From Candidatus Hadarchaeales archaeon (GTDB lineage: Archaea; Hadarchaeota; Hadarchaeia; Hadarchaeales; WYZ-LMO6), in NCBI GenBank assembly GCA_038851755.1, contig JAWCKR010000004.1:1-64000 (forward strand): a DNA stretch of 64,000 bases, written 5' to 3'. The notes beneath the pieces are model-generated. The model had not been told where the DNA came from and did no database searches. It saw only the letters and a list, made by a program, of their open reading frames with translations. Shown in pieces: positions 36,610-46,552 of the stretch. The translations under genes were made by a program, and so were the position numbers. The number at the start of each line of letters is the position of its first letter. Positions within the stretch are counted from its first letter, which is position 1.

Positions 36610-37791
36610 ATGCCCTGGGATGCGGGGATGGAGAGCCTGCTGCTCTGGATGCTGATGTTCTTCATCTTCGGAGTCCTGTGGAGCTACCTCACTCCCCAGC
36701 TGATGTCCATGCAGTCCAACCTCCTGCTCTCCAAGATGAGGAAGTCGGTGAAGGAGCTGGAGGAGTGGGCCAGGGAGACCAGGAGGATCGCCCTCCTCTC
36801 CTTGGGGAAGCACGGACGCACCAAGAGGGACCTGGAGGAGGAGCTGGGGAACTTCCTGGAGTTCTTCGCCATCGAGCCCGTGTCCGACGATCCGGCGGGG
36901 GTCATCCAGAGACTGGACCACATCCTGGACGTCAGGAAGAAGAGGTTCGAGGAGGCGGTAGCCCGCTTCGCTCCAAAGGCCGACCCGGAGGAGGCGGCCA
37001 CGCTGGAGATGGTGATAGAGGGTGCGATGGCCAGCCACTACCTCTACCGGATGGTCAGGCACTTCCTCCTGCTCGCGGAGAAGACCAAGAGCTACCAGCT
37101 GGCCATGGCCATCCAGATGTACATGCCCCTCTTCAGGGAGTACGCGAAGGCCTACAGGGATGCCACCAAGGTGTTCTCCGAGGGCAAGCCCATAGGGGAC
37201 GGGGTGGGGGCACTGGTGGCGGCCAAGCTCTTCAACGGGGCCAAGGTGAGGGAGCCGGTGGAGGGCACGGTGGTGGGTGAGGTGGAGTTCGAGGGGCGCA
37301 AGCTTCTGGTGGTGAAGGCCAAGGGGCCGGGGGGCAGGGTGGGCAAGCCCGGGGAGCTCATAAGCAAGCTGGCCAGGAAGAGGAAGATCGCCAGGATCAT
37401 CATGATCGACGCGGCGCTGAAGCTGGAGGGCGAGAGGAGCGGGGAGGTGATCGAGGGGGTGGGAGCAGCCATAGGTGGACCGCCCACGGAGAAGTACAAG
37501 ATTGAGCAGGTGGCGGTGAAGCACCGCATCCCCCTCGACGCCGTCGTGGTCAAGGAGTCCTTCAGGGAAGCCATCACCCAGATGAACAGCAGGATCGCCA
37601 AGGCAGCGGATGCCACGGTGGAGAGGGTGAAGAGGGCCATAAGGGAGAGGACGAAGAGGGGGGACTGGGTAATCGTGGCGGGGATAGGCAACACGATAGG
37701 GATAGGGCAGGGGAAGGATTTGCCCAGGGAGTTCCCTCCCCCCGCTAAGGAAGAGGAGATAGAGTCAAACAAGCTATTTATCCCCGTTTAG
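36610..37791 (+). CDS. DUF1512-family archaeal protein
   Basis: N-terminal TM; PIGDGVG.LVA, IDAALKLEGE, GVGAAIGG, GIGNTIG. Confidence 0.8.
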   Translation: MPWDAGMESLLLWMLMFFIFGVLWSYLTPQLMSMQSNLLLSKMRKSVKELEEWARETRRIALLSLGKHGRTKRDLEEELGNFLEFFAIEPVSDDPAGVIQRLDHILDVRKKRFEEAVARFAPKADPEEAATLEMVIEGAMASHYLYRMVRHFLLLAEKTKSYQLAMAIQMYMPLFREYAKAYRDATKVFSEGKPIGDGVGALVAAKLFNGAKVREPVEGTVVGEVEFEGRKLLVVKAKGPGGRVGKPGELISKLARKRKIARIIMIDAALKLEGERSGEVIEGVGAAIGGPPTEKYKIEQVAVKHRIPLDAVVVKESFREAITQMNSRIAKAADATVERVKRAIRERTKRGDWVIVAGIGNTIGIGQGKDLPREFPPPAKEEEIESNKLFIPV

Positions 37792-37819
37792 GGGTAAGGT
37801 TTGTAACAAGGGTGAGCGC

Positions 37820-40009
37820 ATGCACCGGTACAAGCACGTCTCCGAAATAGAGAAGCTCATGTGGGAGACCAAGAGAGTGAGGAACATCGGGATAGTGGCC
37901 CATGTCGACCACGGGAAGACCACCCTCACCGACTCCCTGGTGGCGGCCTCGGGCATCATAAGCTTCGAGCTCGCCGGGGAGCAGCTCTTCACGGACTTCC
38001 TGGAGATAGAGCAGCAGAGGGGCATCACCGTGCAGACCTCCGCCGTGAGCCTGGTGCACGAGCTGGAGGACGGGGAGTACCTGATTAACCTGCTGGACAC
38101 CCCGGGGCACGTGGACTTCACCGGTGACGTCACGAGGGCGCTCAGGGCCATCGACGGGGCTATCGTGGTGATGGACGCGGTGGAGGGCATCATGCCTCAG
38201 ACCGAGACCGTGCTCAGGCAGGCCCTGCAGGAGTACACCAGGCCCGTCCTCTTCATCAACAAGGTGGACAGGCTGATAGACGAGCTGAAGCTACCCGCGG
38301 AGGCCATCCAGGCCAGGCTGGCCAAGCTCATCGCCCAGTTCAACGAGCTCCTGAGAAAGTACGCCCCCAAGGAGCTGGCGGAGCGCTGGCAGGTGAAGGT
38401 GGAGGAGGGATCGGTGGCCTTCGGTTCGGCGAAGGAGAAGTGGGCCCTCTCCGTGCCCCAGATGAAGAAGAAGAACATCACCTTCAGGGACGTGCTGGAG
38501 GCCTCGAAGGAGGGGAAGAGGGAGGAACTGGCGAAGCGCACGCCGGTCTACGAGGTGGTGCTGGACATGGTGGTGAGGCATCTACCCAACCCCCTGGAGG
38601 CCCAGAAGCTGCGCATCCCCATCCTCTGGAAGGGAGACCTGAACAGCGAGCTGGGGAAGTCCATGCTCTCCTGCGACCCCAACGGGAAGATCTGCATGGT
38701 CATCACCGACATCATCGTGGACGAGCAGGCGGGTGTGATCTCCACGGGCAGGGTCTTCTCCGGGACGGTGGAGAAGGGGAAGACCGTGAGGCTGGTGGGC
38801 TCGAAGCAGGAGGCACGCGTCCAGCAGGTGGGGATCTACATAGGTCCCAAGAGGGAGATTGTGGAGAAGGTTCCCGCGGGGAACATAGCGGCCATCATAG
38901 GCATGAAGGAGGCGGTGGTGGGGGAGACCCTGGTGGAGGCAGGGGTGGAGGGGGTGGGCTTCGAGGAGCTCAGGTACATAAGCGAGCCCGTGGTCACGCT
39001 GGCCATAGAGCCCAAGAACTTCCAGGACCTCCCCAAGCTGGTGAACCAGCTCAACAAGATCGCGAGGGAGGACCCCAACGTCAGGGTCAAGATCAACGAG
39101 GAGACGGGGGAGTACCTGATTTCGGGAATGGGTGAGGTGCACCTGGAGATCGTGGAGTACAAGCTGAAGGAAGCGGGCCTGGAGATCAAGACCTCGGAGC
39201 CCCTGGTGGTCTACCGTGAGACCGTCACAGGGAGCGCCGGGCCGGTGGAGGGGAAGTCACCGAACAAGCACAACCGCTTCCAGATCAGCGTGGAGCCGCT
39301 GGAGCCGGAGGTGCTGAAGGCCCTGGATGAGAAGAAGATCACGGACAAGCAGGAGGCCAAGGAGAGGGCCTCCCTCCTGAGGAAGCTCGGGTGGAGCGCC
39401 GACGCGGCGAAGGGTGTGATGGCCGTGGTGGGGGGGAACATCCTCGTCGACATGACGAAGGGGGTCCAGTACATGGGGGAGGTGGAGGACTACATCAGGG
39501 AGGCCTTCACGCAGGTGTGCAACGAGGGGCCGGTGATGAGGGAGCCCATGAGGGGGGTGAAGGTCATCCTGAACGACGCGATGCTTCACGAGGATTCGGT
39601 CCACAGGGGGCCCGCCCAGATCATACCCGCGGTGAGGCGCCCCATCCAGGCCTGCGTTCTCATGGCCAACCCCGTCATCTTGGAGCCCCTCTTCAGGCTG
39701 GAGGTGCGCGTTCCCACCGAGTTCATGGGAGGGGTGATCAAGGTGATTCAGGGGAGGAGGGGAAGGATCGTGGCCATGGAGCCGGAGGGAGAGGCCGTCA
39801 CGGTGATAAAGGCCCACCTCCCCGTGGCCAACTCCTTCGGCCTGGCGGCGGAGATGCGCTCGGAGACGGAGGGGAGGGCGATCTGGGCCACGGAGTTCGA
39901 GCGCTTCGAGCGACTCTCCCCGGAGCTCCAGGCCCAGGTGGTGGCGAACACCAGGAAGAGGAAAGGTCTGAAGCTGGAGGTACCCAGGCCAGAGGAGTTC
40001 ATGGACTGA
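37820..40009 (+). CDS. fusA: Translation elongation factor aEF-2
   Basis: AHVDHGKTT, RGIT, DTPGH, NKVD, diphthamide loop HEDSVHRGPAQ. Confidence 0.97.
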   Translation: MHRYKHVSEIEKLMWETKRVRNIGIVAHVDHGKTTLTDSLVAASGIISFELAGEQLFTDFLEIEQQRGITVQTSAVSLVHELEDGEYLINLLDTPGHVDFTGDVTRALRAIDGAIVVMDAVEGIMPQTETVLRQALQEYTRPVLFINKVDRLIDELKLPAEAIQARLAKLIAQFNELLRKYAPKELAERWQVKVEEGSVAFGSAKEKWALSVPQMKKKNITFRDVLEASKEGKREELAKRTPVYEVVLDMVVRHLPNPLEAQKLRIPILWKGDLNSELGKSMLSCDPNGKICMVITDIIVDEQAGVISTGRVFSGTVEKGKTVRLVGSKQEARVQQVGIYIGPKREIVEKVPAGNIAAIIGMKEAVVGETLVEAGVEGVGFEELRYISEPVVTLAIEPKNFQDLPKLVNQLNKIAREDPNVRVKINEETGEYLISGMGEVHLEIVEYKLKEAGLEIKTSEPLVVYRETVTGSAGPVEGKSPNKHNRFQISVEPLEPEVLKALDEKKITDKQEAKERASLLRKLGWSADAAKGVMAVVGGNILVDMTKGVQYMGEVEDYIREAFTQVCNEGPVMREPMRGVKVILNDAMLHEDSVHRGPAQIIPAVRRPIQACVLMANPVILEPLFRLEVRVPTEFMGGVIKVIQGRRGRIVAMEPEGEAVTVIKAHLPVANSFGLAAEMRSETEGRAIWATEFERFERLSPELQAQVVANTRKRKGLKLEVPRPEEFMD

Positions 40010-40047
40010 GCGTCCGGTTTTTTTAGCGGAGCCCCCAGTGGGATGTG

Positions 40048-40581
40048 ATGGAGCCTCCGGTGAAGGTGAGGGTTTACAGGGACAGGGGACTGGTGCTCGA
40101 GGAGGCCCAGGCCAACCAGCTGTACCAGAAGGGGGCCTTCGGCAAGCCGCTGAGCGGGGGCAGGCTGCAGCTCTCCCCGCTGGAGGTCCTCTACCTGCTG
40201 GAGAACGGTAAGGCGGAGGCCGTGGACGGCAGGTCGGGGAAGCCCCTGGGCTGGGAGGAGCTCTGCCGGAGGTTCTCCAGGCTGGACCCCGAGCTGGTGG
40301 TGAAGTACGCCGTTTATTCGGATCTGCGCTCGAGGGGATACGTGGTGAAGACGGGACTGAAGTTCGGGGCCCACTTCAGGGTGTACGGCAGGGGGGAGAA
40401 GCCGGGGGAGGCCCACTCCAAGTACCTGGTGCACGCCCTGAAGGAGGGGATCAGGCTCTCACCTCCCGAGCTGGCCAGGGCCGTGAGGCTGGCGCACTCT
40501 GTCAGGAAGACCATGCTCTTCGCGGTGGTGGACGACGAGGGTGACGTGACCTACTATTCCCTCAGGAGGGAGAAGCCGTAA
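40048..40581 (+). CDS. endA: tRNA-intron endonuclease, single catalytic unit
   Basis: LSPLEVLYL, VYSDLRSRGY, GLKFG, triad FRVY / EAHSK / SVRK. Confidence 0.92.
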   Translation: MEPPVKVRVYRDRGLVLEEAQANQLYQKGAFGKPLSGGRLQLSPLEVLYLLENGKAEAVDGRSGKPLGWEELCRRFSRLDPELVVKYAVYSDLRSRGYVVKTGLKFGAHFRVYGRGEKPGEAHSKYLVHALKEGIRLSPPELARAVRLAHSVRKTMLFAVVDDEGDVTYYSLRREKP

Positions 40582-41687
40582 TGCCCGAGAGGCTCGATCC
40601 CTGGGGAGCGGGCGTGCCGGAGGACTACGCCAGGCTCATGGAGGAGTTCGGGATCAGGCCGCTGGAGGAGCTCCTCCCCAGGATCCCCGATCCACCCCAC
40701 CTGATGAGGAGGGGCGTGATCTTCGGGCACAGGGACTTCGAGAGGGTCCTGGAGAGGATGGGGGGAGGGCGGTACGCGGTGATGACGGGCCTCATGCCCA
40801 GCGGGAGGATGCACCTGGGGCACAAGATGGTGGTGGACCAGCTCATCTGGTACCAGAAAAGAGGGGGGGAGATCTTCCTGTGCGTGGCGGACATGGAGGC
40901 CTTTTCGGCCAGGGGCATACCCTACGAGCGCGGCAGGGAGATAGCTTTCGAGGAGTACCTGCTTAACTGCGAGGCCCTGGGGCTGGAGCTGGAGAAGTGC
41001 AGGGTGTACTTCCAGTCCCGTAGCCAGGAGGTGCAGGCTCTGGCCTACAGCCTGGCCCGCAGGGTGAACTTCAGCGAGGTGAGGGCCATCTACGGTTTCT
41101 CCGGGGAGACGCATCTCTCCCACCTCTACTATCCCATGATAGACGTGGCGGACATCCTCCATCCCCAGCTGGAGGAGTTCGGCGGTCCCAGGCCCACCGT
41201 GGTCCCGGTGGGGGTGGACCAGGACCCGCACCTCAGGCTGGCAAGGGATGTGTCGGCCAAGTTCTCCGAGGAGTACGGCTTCCTCCCTCCCTCCTCCACC
41301 TACCACCGCCTGATGAGGGACCTCTTCGGGGGGAAGATGTCCAGCAGCAGGCCCGACTCCGCCCTCTTCCTCACCGACCCTCCCGAGGTCTGGGAGAGAA
41401 AGATCTGGGACGCCCTCACGGGTGGCAGGCCCACGGCCAGGGAGCAGAGGGAGAAAGGAGGTGAGCCCTTCAAGTGCCTGGTGTATGAGCTATGCATGTA
41501 CCACTTCGTGCCCGAGGACCGGGAGCTCCTGGAGCTCAAGGAGAGGTGCGAAAGGGGGGAGGTTATCTGCGGGGAGTGCAAGGAGGAGGTGGTTGGGAGG
41601 GTGAGGGGATTCCTGAGGGAGCTGGAGGAGAGGAGGAGGGAGGTGAGACCTGCAGTGGAGAGGCTCCTGCGGCGGATTTCCCCCTAG
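40581..41687 (+). CDS. trpS: Tryptophanyl-tRNA synthetase
   Basis: TGLMPSG.MHLGH, VGVDQDPH, KMSSS. Confidence 0.95.
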   Translation: MPERLDPWGAGVPEDYARLMEEFGIRPLEELLPRIPDPPHLMRRGVIFGHRDFERVLERMGGGRYAVMTGLMPSGRMHLGHKMVVDQLIWYQKRGGEIFLCVADMEAFSARGIPYERGREIAFEEYLLNCEALGLELEKCRVYFQSRSQEVQALAYSLARRVNFSEVRAIYGFSGETHLSHLYYPMIDVADILHPQLEEFGGPRPTVVPVGVDQDPHLRLARDVSAKFSEEYGFLPPSSTYHRLMRDLFGGKMSSSRPDSALFLTDPPEVWERKIWDALTGGRPTAREQREKGGEPFKCLVYELCMYHFVPEDRELLELKERCERGEVICGECKEEVVGRVRGFLRELEERRREVRPAVERLLRRISP

Positions 41688-41725
41688 GATTTTAATCCCC
41701 GTGGAGCAAAGGAAGGAGGACCCCC

Positions 41726-41839
41726 ATGGGAAAGAGACCCAGGAAGTGGAAGAAGAAGGGACGGATGCGCTGGAAATGGGTGAGGAAGCGCATGCGGAGG
41801 AAGCTCAGGAGGCTCAGGCAGAGGAAGACGGGGGTCTGA
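41726..41839 (+). CDS. rpl41e: Ribosomal protein eL41/eS32 (L41e), 37 aa
   Basis: Below the ORF-track cutoff: [37 protein letters not shown]; GGAGG upstream; precedes rpl10e. Confidence 0.85.
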   Translation: MGKRPRKWKKKGRMRWKWVRKRMRRKLRRLRQRKTGV

Positions 41840-41885
41840 GGAAAGGGTTTAAGCCAGGGACAGGGAGGTTTGGGAGGGAAGGAAC

Positions 41886-42395
41886 ATGCCCCTGAAACCA
41901 GGCAAATGCTACAGGCACTTCAGCGGCCCAGCCTACACCAGGAGGGATTTCGTGGACGGAATACCGGGCTCGCGCGTGACCTTCTTCGACATGGGCAACC
42001 CCAACGGGGAGTTCCCCGTGGAGGTCTCGCTGGTGGCCCGGGAGCAGGGGCAGATCAGGCACAACGCTCTTGAGGCGGCCCGCATGGCGGCCAACCGCCT
42101 GCTGGAGACCAAGGCGGGGAGGGAGAACTACCACTTCAAGATTCGCCTCTACCCCCACCAGATCCTGAGGGACCACCCCATGGCCCTTGGGGCGGGGGCG
42201 GACAGGGTCTCGGAGGGCATGCGCCTAGCCTTCGGCAGGCCGATAGGCACGGCGGTGAGGGTGAAGGCGGACCAGAAGGTGATGACCGTCAGGGTCCCGG
42301 AGCAGTTCCTTGGCCTGGCCAAGGAGGCCCTGGACCGGGCGGTGAGCAAGCTCCCCCTCAGGTGGAGAATGGTGGTGGAGAAGGCGGGGAGCTAG
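41886..42395 (+). CDS. rpl10e: 50S ribosomal protein uL16 (L10e)
   Basis: P..CYR....PAYTR, QIRHNALEAAR, GADRVSEGMRLAFGRP. Confidence 0.95.
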   Translation: MPLKPGKCYRHFSGPAYTRRDFVDGIPGSRVTFFDMGNPNGEFPVEVSLVAREQGQIRHNALEAARMAANRLLETKAGRENYHFKIRLYPHQILRDHPMALGAGADRVSEGMRLAFGRPIGTAVRVKADQKVMTVRVPEQFLGLAKEALDRAVSKLPLRWRMVVEKAGS

Positions 42396-43255
42396 AGGAG
42401 GCTTCCCAGGAGTTCGTAGATGGCCCTGGCCGCTGCGAAGGCCGTCTGACCCGTGTCGAAGGGCGGCGCCACCTCCACCACGTCGAAACCCCTTATGTTC
42501 AGGCCCCTCAGTCCGCGCAGGATCCTGAGGAGATCTAGCGTGCTGAGGCCCCCTGGCTCAGGGGTGGTGACGGCAGGGGCGAAGGCGGGGTCCAGCACAT
42601 CCACATCCAGCGTGAGGTACACCGGGGAGGATCCCACCTCCCTCCTCACCTCCTCCACGATTTTTCCTCCCTCGGCCAGGAGCTGTTCTGAGGTGTAGTA
42701 CCTGATTCCCTTCTCCTCCCCGTACCTGGCCTCCTCCGAGGAGGAGGACCTGACCCCGAGCTGGATCAGCCTCCCGGGGTCCACATGCTCCAGCGCCCTC
42801 CTCATCACCGTGGCGTGGTTGATCCTGCTCCCCAGGTACTCCTCCCTGAGGTCCCGGTGGGCGTCCAGCTGCAGCAGGTAGACCTCCCCGAAGGCCTGGA
42901 GGGAGAAGAGGGTGAGGGTGTGCTCCCCTCCCAGCAGGGCGGGAATCTTTCCGTCCTCCAGGAGCTCCCTCACGGCCTCCCTTATCCTGCGACCGTCCTC
43001 CCCCAGCTCCGAGGAGAGCAGCAGGTCCCCCAGGTCGGCCACCCTCCATCTCTCCGCCAGCTCGACGCCCAGGGACATGAGATGGGTCTCCAGGTTGAGG
43101 GAGGCCTCCCTTATCCTGGAGGGACCGAAGCGGGTCCCGGTGCGGTAGGAGGAGGTGGAGTCCAGGGGAATGCCGAGGAAGACCACCTTGGCGTCCCCGT
43201 AGCTTCCCTCCAGCCCCCCGAAGCCGGGCTTCACGCTTATGAAGTCAGGGCTCAT
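42392..43255 (-). CDS. speB: Agmatinase (ureohydrolase)
   Basis: G.RFGP..IR.AS, GGEH, DAH.D, DVDVLDP, PEPGG. Confidence 0.92.
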   Translation of the reverse strand: MSPDFISVKPGFGGLEGSYGDAKVVFLGIPLDSTSSYRTGTRFGPSRIREASLNLETHLMSLGVELAERWRVADLGDLLLSSELGEDGRRIREAVRELLEDGKIPALLGGEHTLTLFSLQAFGEVYLLQLDAHRDLREEYLGSRINHATVMRRALEHVDPGRLIQLGVRSSSSEEARYGEEKGIRYYTSEQLLAEGGKIVEEVRREVGSSPVYLTLDVDVLDPAFAPAVTTPEPGGLSTLDLLRILRGLRGLNIRGFDVVEVAPPFDTGQTAFAAARAIYELLGSLL

Positions 43256-45591
43256 TCTCTTCCTTTGGTCCCGGCTTTCAGCTTCTCCTCCATCTGGTAC
43301 ACCAGGAGCTTGGTCCTGGCCACGGTGTCGGGGTTGACGGAGACGCTGTCTATCCCTGACCTCACCAGGAACTCCGTGAACTCGGGATAGACGCTGGGTG
43401 CCTGGCCGCAGATGGACACCGTCACTCCCCTCGAGTGGGCCTTCCTTATGAGGTCCTCTATCGCCCTCTTCACCGCCTCGTTCCTCTCGTCGAAGTACCC
43501 CATGTTGGCCAGGATTCCGGAGTCCCGGTCCACCCCTAGCACCAGCTGGGTGAGATCGTTGCTCCCTATGCTGAAGCCGTCGCAGAACTTGGAGAACTCC
43601 TCCGCCAGGAAGACGATGCTGGGGACCTCGGCCATCAGCCAGACCTTGAAGGTTCCTCCCCTCGTCAGTCCTTCCTCCTTCATGATCTGCAGGCACCTCT
43701 CCACCTCCCAGACGGTGCGCACAAAGGGAAGCATCACCCACACGTTGTCCAGCCCCTTCTCCCTCACCCTCCTGATGGCCCTGCACTCCAGCCTGAAGGC
43801 CTGCTCGAACTGCGGGCTGATGTACCGGGAGACCCCCCTCCAGCCCAGCATGGGGTTGGCCTCCGTGGGCTCGTACCGCTCTCCCCCCTTCAGCTCCCTG
43901 TACTCGTTCGTCTTGAAGTCGGAGAACCTCACCACCACGAACCTGGGGTAGATGGCCTCCGCCACCCTCGCTATTCCCTCCGCCAGCTTCTCCGTGTAGA
44001 GGTTGCCCTCCCCCTTCTCCAGCAGGTAGTTGGGATGCTGCCCCACCCAGCTGGCGATGATGAACTCCACCCTCATCAGTCCTATGCCCTCGAAGGGCAG
44101 GTCCTTGTATCTCCCTATCTCGTCCGGCTCTCCCAGGTTCATCAGGATCTTCGTCCTGGTCTTCAGCCCCCTCACCTCCTCGGGTGAGACCTCCAGGGCC
44201 TTTTCCCTGGCCAGGAGCTCCGGTACCTCTCCCGCGTAGACCAGCCCCTTCCTGGAGTCCAGCGTGACCACCATGCCCTCAGAGAGGACCCTCAGGGCGT
44301 CCCTGGCCCCCACGATGCAGGGTATGCCCAGCTCCCTGGAGACGATGGCAGCGTGGGAGGTGATGCCACCCTCCGTGGTGATGATGCCAGAAGCGATCTT
44401 CATGTAGGGTACCCAGTCGGGGGAGGTCATCTCCGTGACCAGGAGGTCCCCCTTCTTCAGCCTCTCGGAGGCCTCCTGCGGGCTCTTCACGATTTTGACC
44501 TTTCCTATGGCAGCCCCCGGGGAGGCCGGAAGACCCTTCAGGAGGGGCGGATGCTTCACCTCCACCTCCACCGCCTTCTCCTCGTAGAAGACCGTCACGG
44601 GCCTCGCCTGCAACAGGAAGACCCTTCCATCCTCGCTGGCCCATTCGAAGTCCTGGGGAGTCTTGTAGTGCTCCTCCAGCCTCAGCGCGAGTTCCCAGAG
44701 CTGCCTGAGCTCGTCCTTCGTCAGGCACTCCCTCTTGGCCATTTCGGGGGACACCTCCCTCTCCCTCAGACCGCCGTCGGGGGAGACCACGGACATCCTG
44801 GTTTTCGAGGAGATGTGCTTCTCCACCACCTCCCCCGTCCGCTTGTCGAGGACGTAGGTATCGGGGGTCACGGCCCCAGAGACCACGGCCTCACCCTGTC
44901 CCCAGGAGGCCTCCACCACGATCTTGTTCCTGTCCCCGGTCGAGGGGTGCAGGGTGAAGCCCACCCCGGCCTTGTACCTCCCCTGCAGGTAGCCCTCCTC
45001 CCCCAGCATCCCCAGCTGCTTCTGCACCACCAGGGCGATGAGGACCTTCTCGTGCTCGAAGCCTTTCTTGGCCCGGTAGAAGGTGGCCCGGGAGGTGAAG
45101 AGGGAAGCCCAGCACTTCTTCACGGCATCCAGTATCTTCTCCTCCCCCCTCACGTTGAGCAGGGTGAGCTGCTGCCCGGCGAAGGAGGCGTCGGGCACGT
45201 CCTCGGCGGTGGCGGAACTCCTCACCGCCACGTACTCCTCCTCCTTTCCGAACCTCCTGGAGAGGTCGCGGTACTCCCTCAGGATCTCCTCCCTTATCTC
45301 GGGGGGCATCGGGGAGCCCTCTATCATGGAGCGCAGCTTTTCCGTGTTCTTCTCCAGCTCCGAGGGATCATCCACGTTCGTCCTGGCGAGCAACTCCTGG
45401 ATCTTCTTCCCCAGTCCGTTCTTTTCCACGAATTCCCGGTAGGCACGGGTGTTGATCACGAAGGCGTAGGGGACGGGCAGACCGGCGTTGTGCATCTCTC
45501 CAAGGTTGGCGGCTTTCCCCCCCACCTTGGGCAGGTCGTCCCTGCTCAGTTCCTCCAGCCGCTCGATGTAGATGCCCATTTCTTTCCCCAT
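43252..45591 (-). CDS. ppsA: Phosphoenolpyruvate synthase
   Basis: VGGKAANLGE, AVRSSATAED, GGITSHAAIVSRE, SIGSNDLTQ. Confidence 0.95.
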   Translation of the reverse strand: MGKEMGIYIERLEELSRDDLPKVGGKAANLGEMHNAGLPVPYAFVINTRAYREFVEKNGLGKKIQELLARTNVDDPSELEKNTEKLRSMIEGSPMPPEIREEILREYRDLSRRFGKEEEYVAVRSSATAEDVPDASFAGQQLTLLNVRGEEKILDAVKKCWASLFTSRATFYRAKKGFEHEKVLIALVVQKQLGMLGEEGYLQGRYKAGVGFTLHPSTGDRNKIVVEASWGQGEAVVSGAVTPDTYVLDKRTGEVVEKHISSKTRMSVVSPDGGLREREVSPEMAKRECLTKDELRQLWELALRLEEHYKTPQDFEWASEDGRVFLLQARPVTVFYEEKAVEVEVKHPPLLKGLPASPGAAIGKVKIVKSPQEASERLKKGDLLVTEMTSPDWVPYMKIASGIITTEGGITSHAAIVSRELGIPCIVGARDALRVLSEGMVVTLDSRKGLVYAGEVPELLAREKALEVSPEEVRGLKTRTKILMNLGEPDEIGRYKDLPFEGIGLMRVEFIIASWVGQHPNYLLEKGEGNLYTEKLAEGIARVAEAIYPRFVVVRFSDFKTNEYRELKGGERYEPTEANPMLGWRGVSRYISPQFEQAFRLECRAIRRVREKGLDNVWVMLPFVRTVWEVERCLQIMKEEGLTRGGTFKVWLMAEVPSIVFLAEEFSKFCDGFSIGSNDLTQLVLGVDRDSGILANMGYFDERNEAVKRAIEDLIRKAHSRGVTVSICGQAPSVYPEFTEFLVRSGIDSVSVNPDTVARTKLLVYQMEEKLKAGTKGRE

Positions 45592-45709
45592 GTTCTTTTT
45601 TCCATCGCCCCCCATATCTACGAGCAGGCTTTTTTATCCGTTTTCTTTTTTCCGCCTTGCGAGCGGTAGAGTTAAACGGGGAGAGGTAAAGGGGGGGAGG
45701 TGAGGTGTT

Positions 45710-46552
45710 TTGACCTCTTCTCCCTCGAGGCGTCTCGGGGTCTCCCTGATAGGCTGCGGTGAGATAGGAGGTATTCTGGCCAAGGCGGTGCAGGCTGGAA
45801 GGGCGGGCAGTGCGGAGCTCAGGTTTCTCTTTGACAGGGACCAGGAGAGGAGCAGGAGGCTGGCGCGGGAGCTGGGTGGGATCAGGGTGGCGGAGAGCGT
45901 GAGGGAGATTCTCTCGGACTCGGGGACCAGGGTGGTGGTGGAGGCAGCCTCCCAGGCCGCCGTGGTGGAGTACGGAGAGGAGGTCCTGAGGTCGGGGAAG
46001 GACCTGATGGTGATGAGCGTGGGCGCTCTTGCCGACGAGGAGCTGCTCCAAAGGCTTCTAGAGGCCGCCAGGAGGGGGGGGAGCAGGATCCACGTGCCCT
46101 CCGGTTCCATCCCCGGGGTGGATGGAGTGAAGGCAGCCCACCTGGTGGGGATAAAGGAGGCGCAGCTGACCACCAGGAAGCCACCCGTGGCCCTCTCCTA
46201 CAGTCCCTACCTGAAGAAGAAGGGGGTGGACCTCTCCGGGCTGAGGGAGCCCCTGGTGGTGTTCGAGGGCACGGCCAGGGAAGCCGTCAGGGCCTTCCCG
46301 GAGAGCGTGAACATCGCCGCCACCCTGGGTCTGGCGGGGATAGGTCTCGACAGGCTCAGGGTGAGGATCATCGCCGATCCCTCCCTCGACAGGAACGTGC
46401 ACGAGCTCAAGGTGGTGGGGGAGGCAGGGGAGATAATGACGGTGGCCAGGAACGTCCCCTCCCCGGGCAACCCCAGGACCAGCTACCTGGCAGCCCTCTC
46501 GGCCATCATGAGGCTCCGTGACCTGGTGGAGACCCTGCTGGTGGGAACCTAG
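45710..46552 (+). CDS. nadX: L-aspartate dehydrogenase
   Basis: IGCGEIG, VEAAS, SVGAL, PSG.I.G.D, TTRKPP, FP.SVNIA, NPRTSYLA. Confidence 0.92.
   Translation: MTSSPSRRLGVSLIGCGEIGGILAKAVQAGRAGSAELRFLFDRDQERSRRLARELGGIRVAESVREILSDSGTRVVVEAASQAAVVEYGEEVLRSGKDLMVMSVGALADEELLQRLLEAARRGGSRIHVPSGSIPGVDGVKAAHLVGIKEAQLTTRKPPVALSYSPYLKKKGVDLSGLREPLVVFEGTAREAVRAFPESVNIAATLGLAGIGLDRLRVRIIADPSLDRNVHELKVVGEAGEIMTVARNVPSPGNPRTSYLAALSAIMRLRDLVETLLVGT

Noticed and set aside
41701-41895. 64-aa ORF in the track
   Set aside because: The real gene is eL41 in another frame (41726-41839).
42392-43786. 464-aa agmatinase with a long N-terminus
   Set aside because: The extension is an alternate frame of ppsA; the start is 43255.
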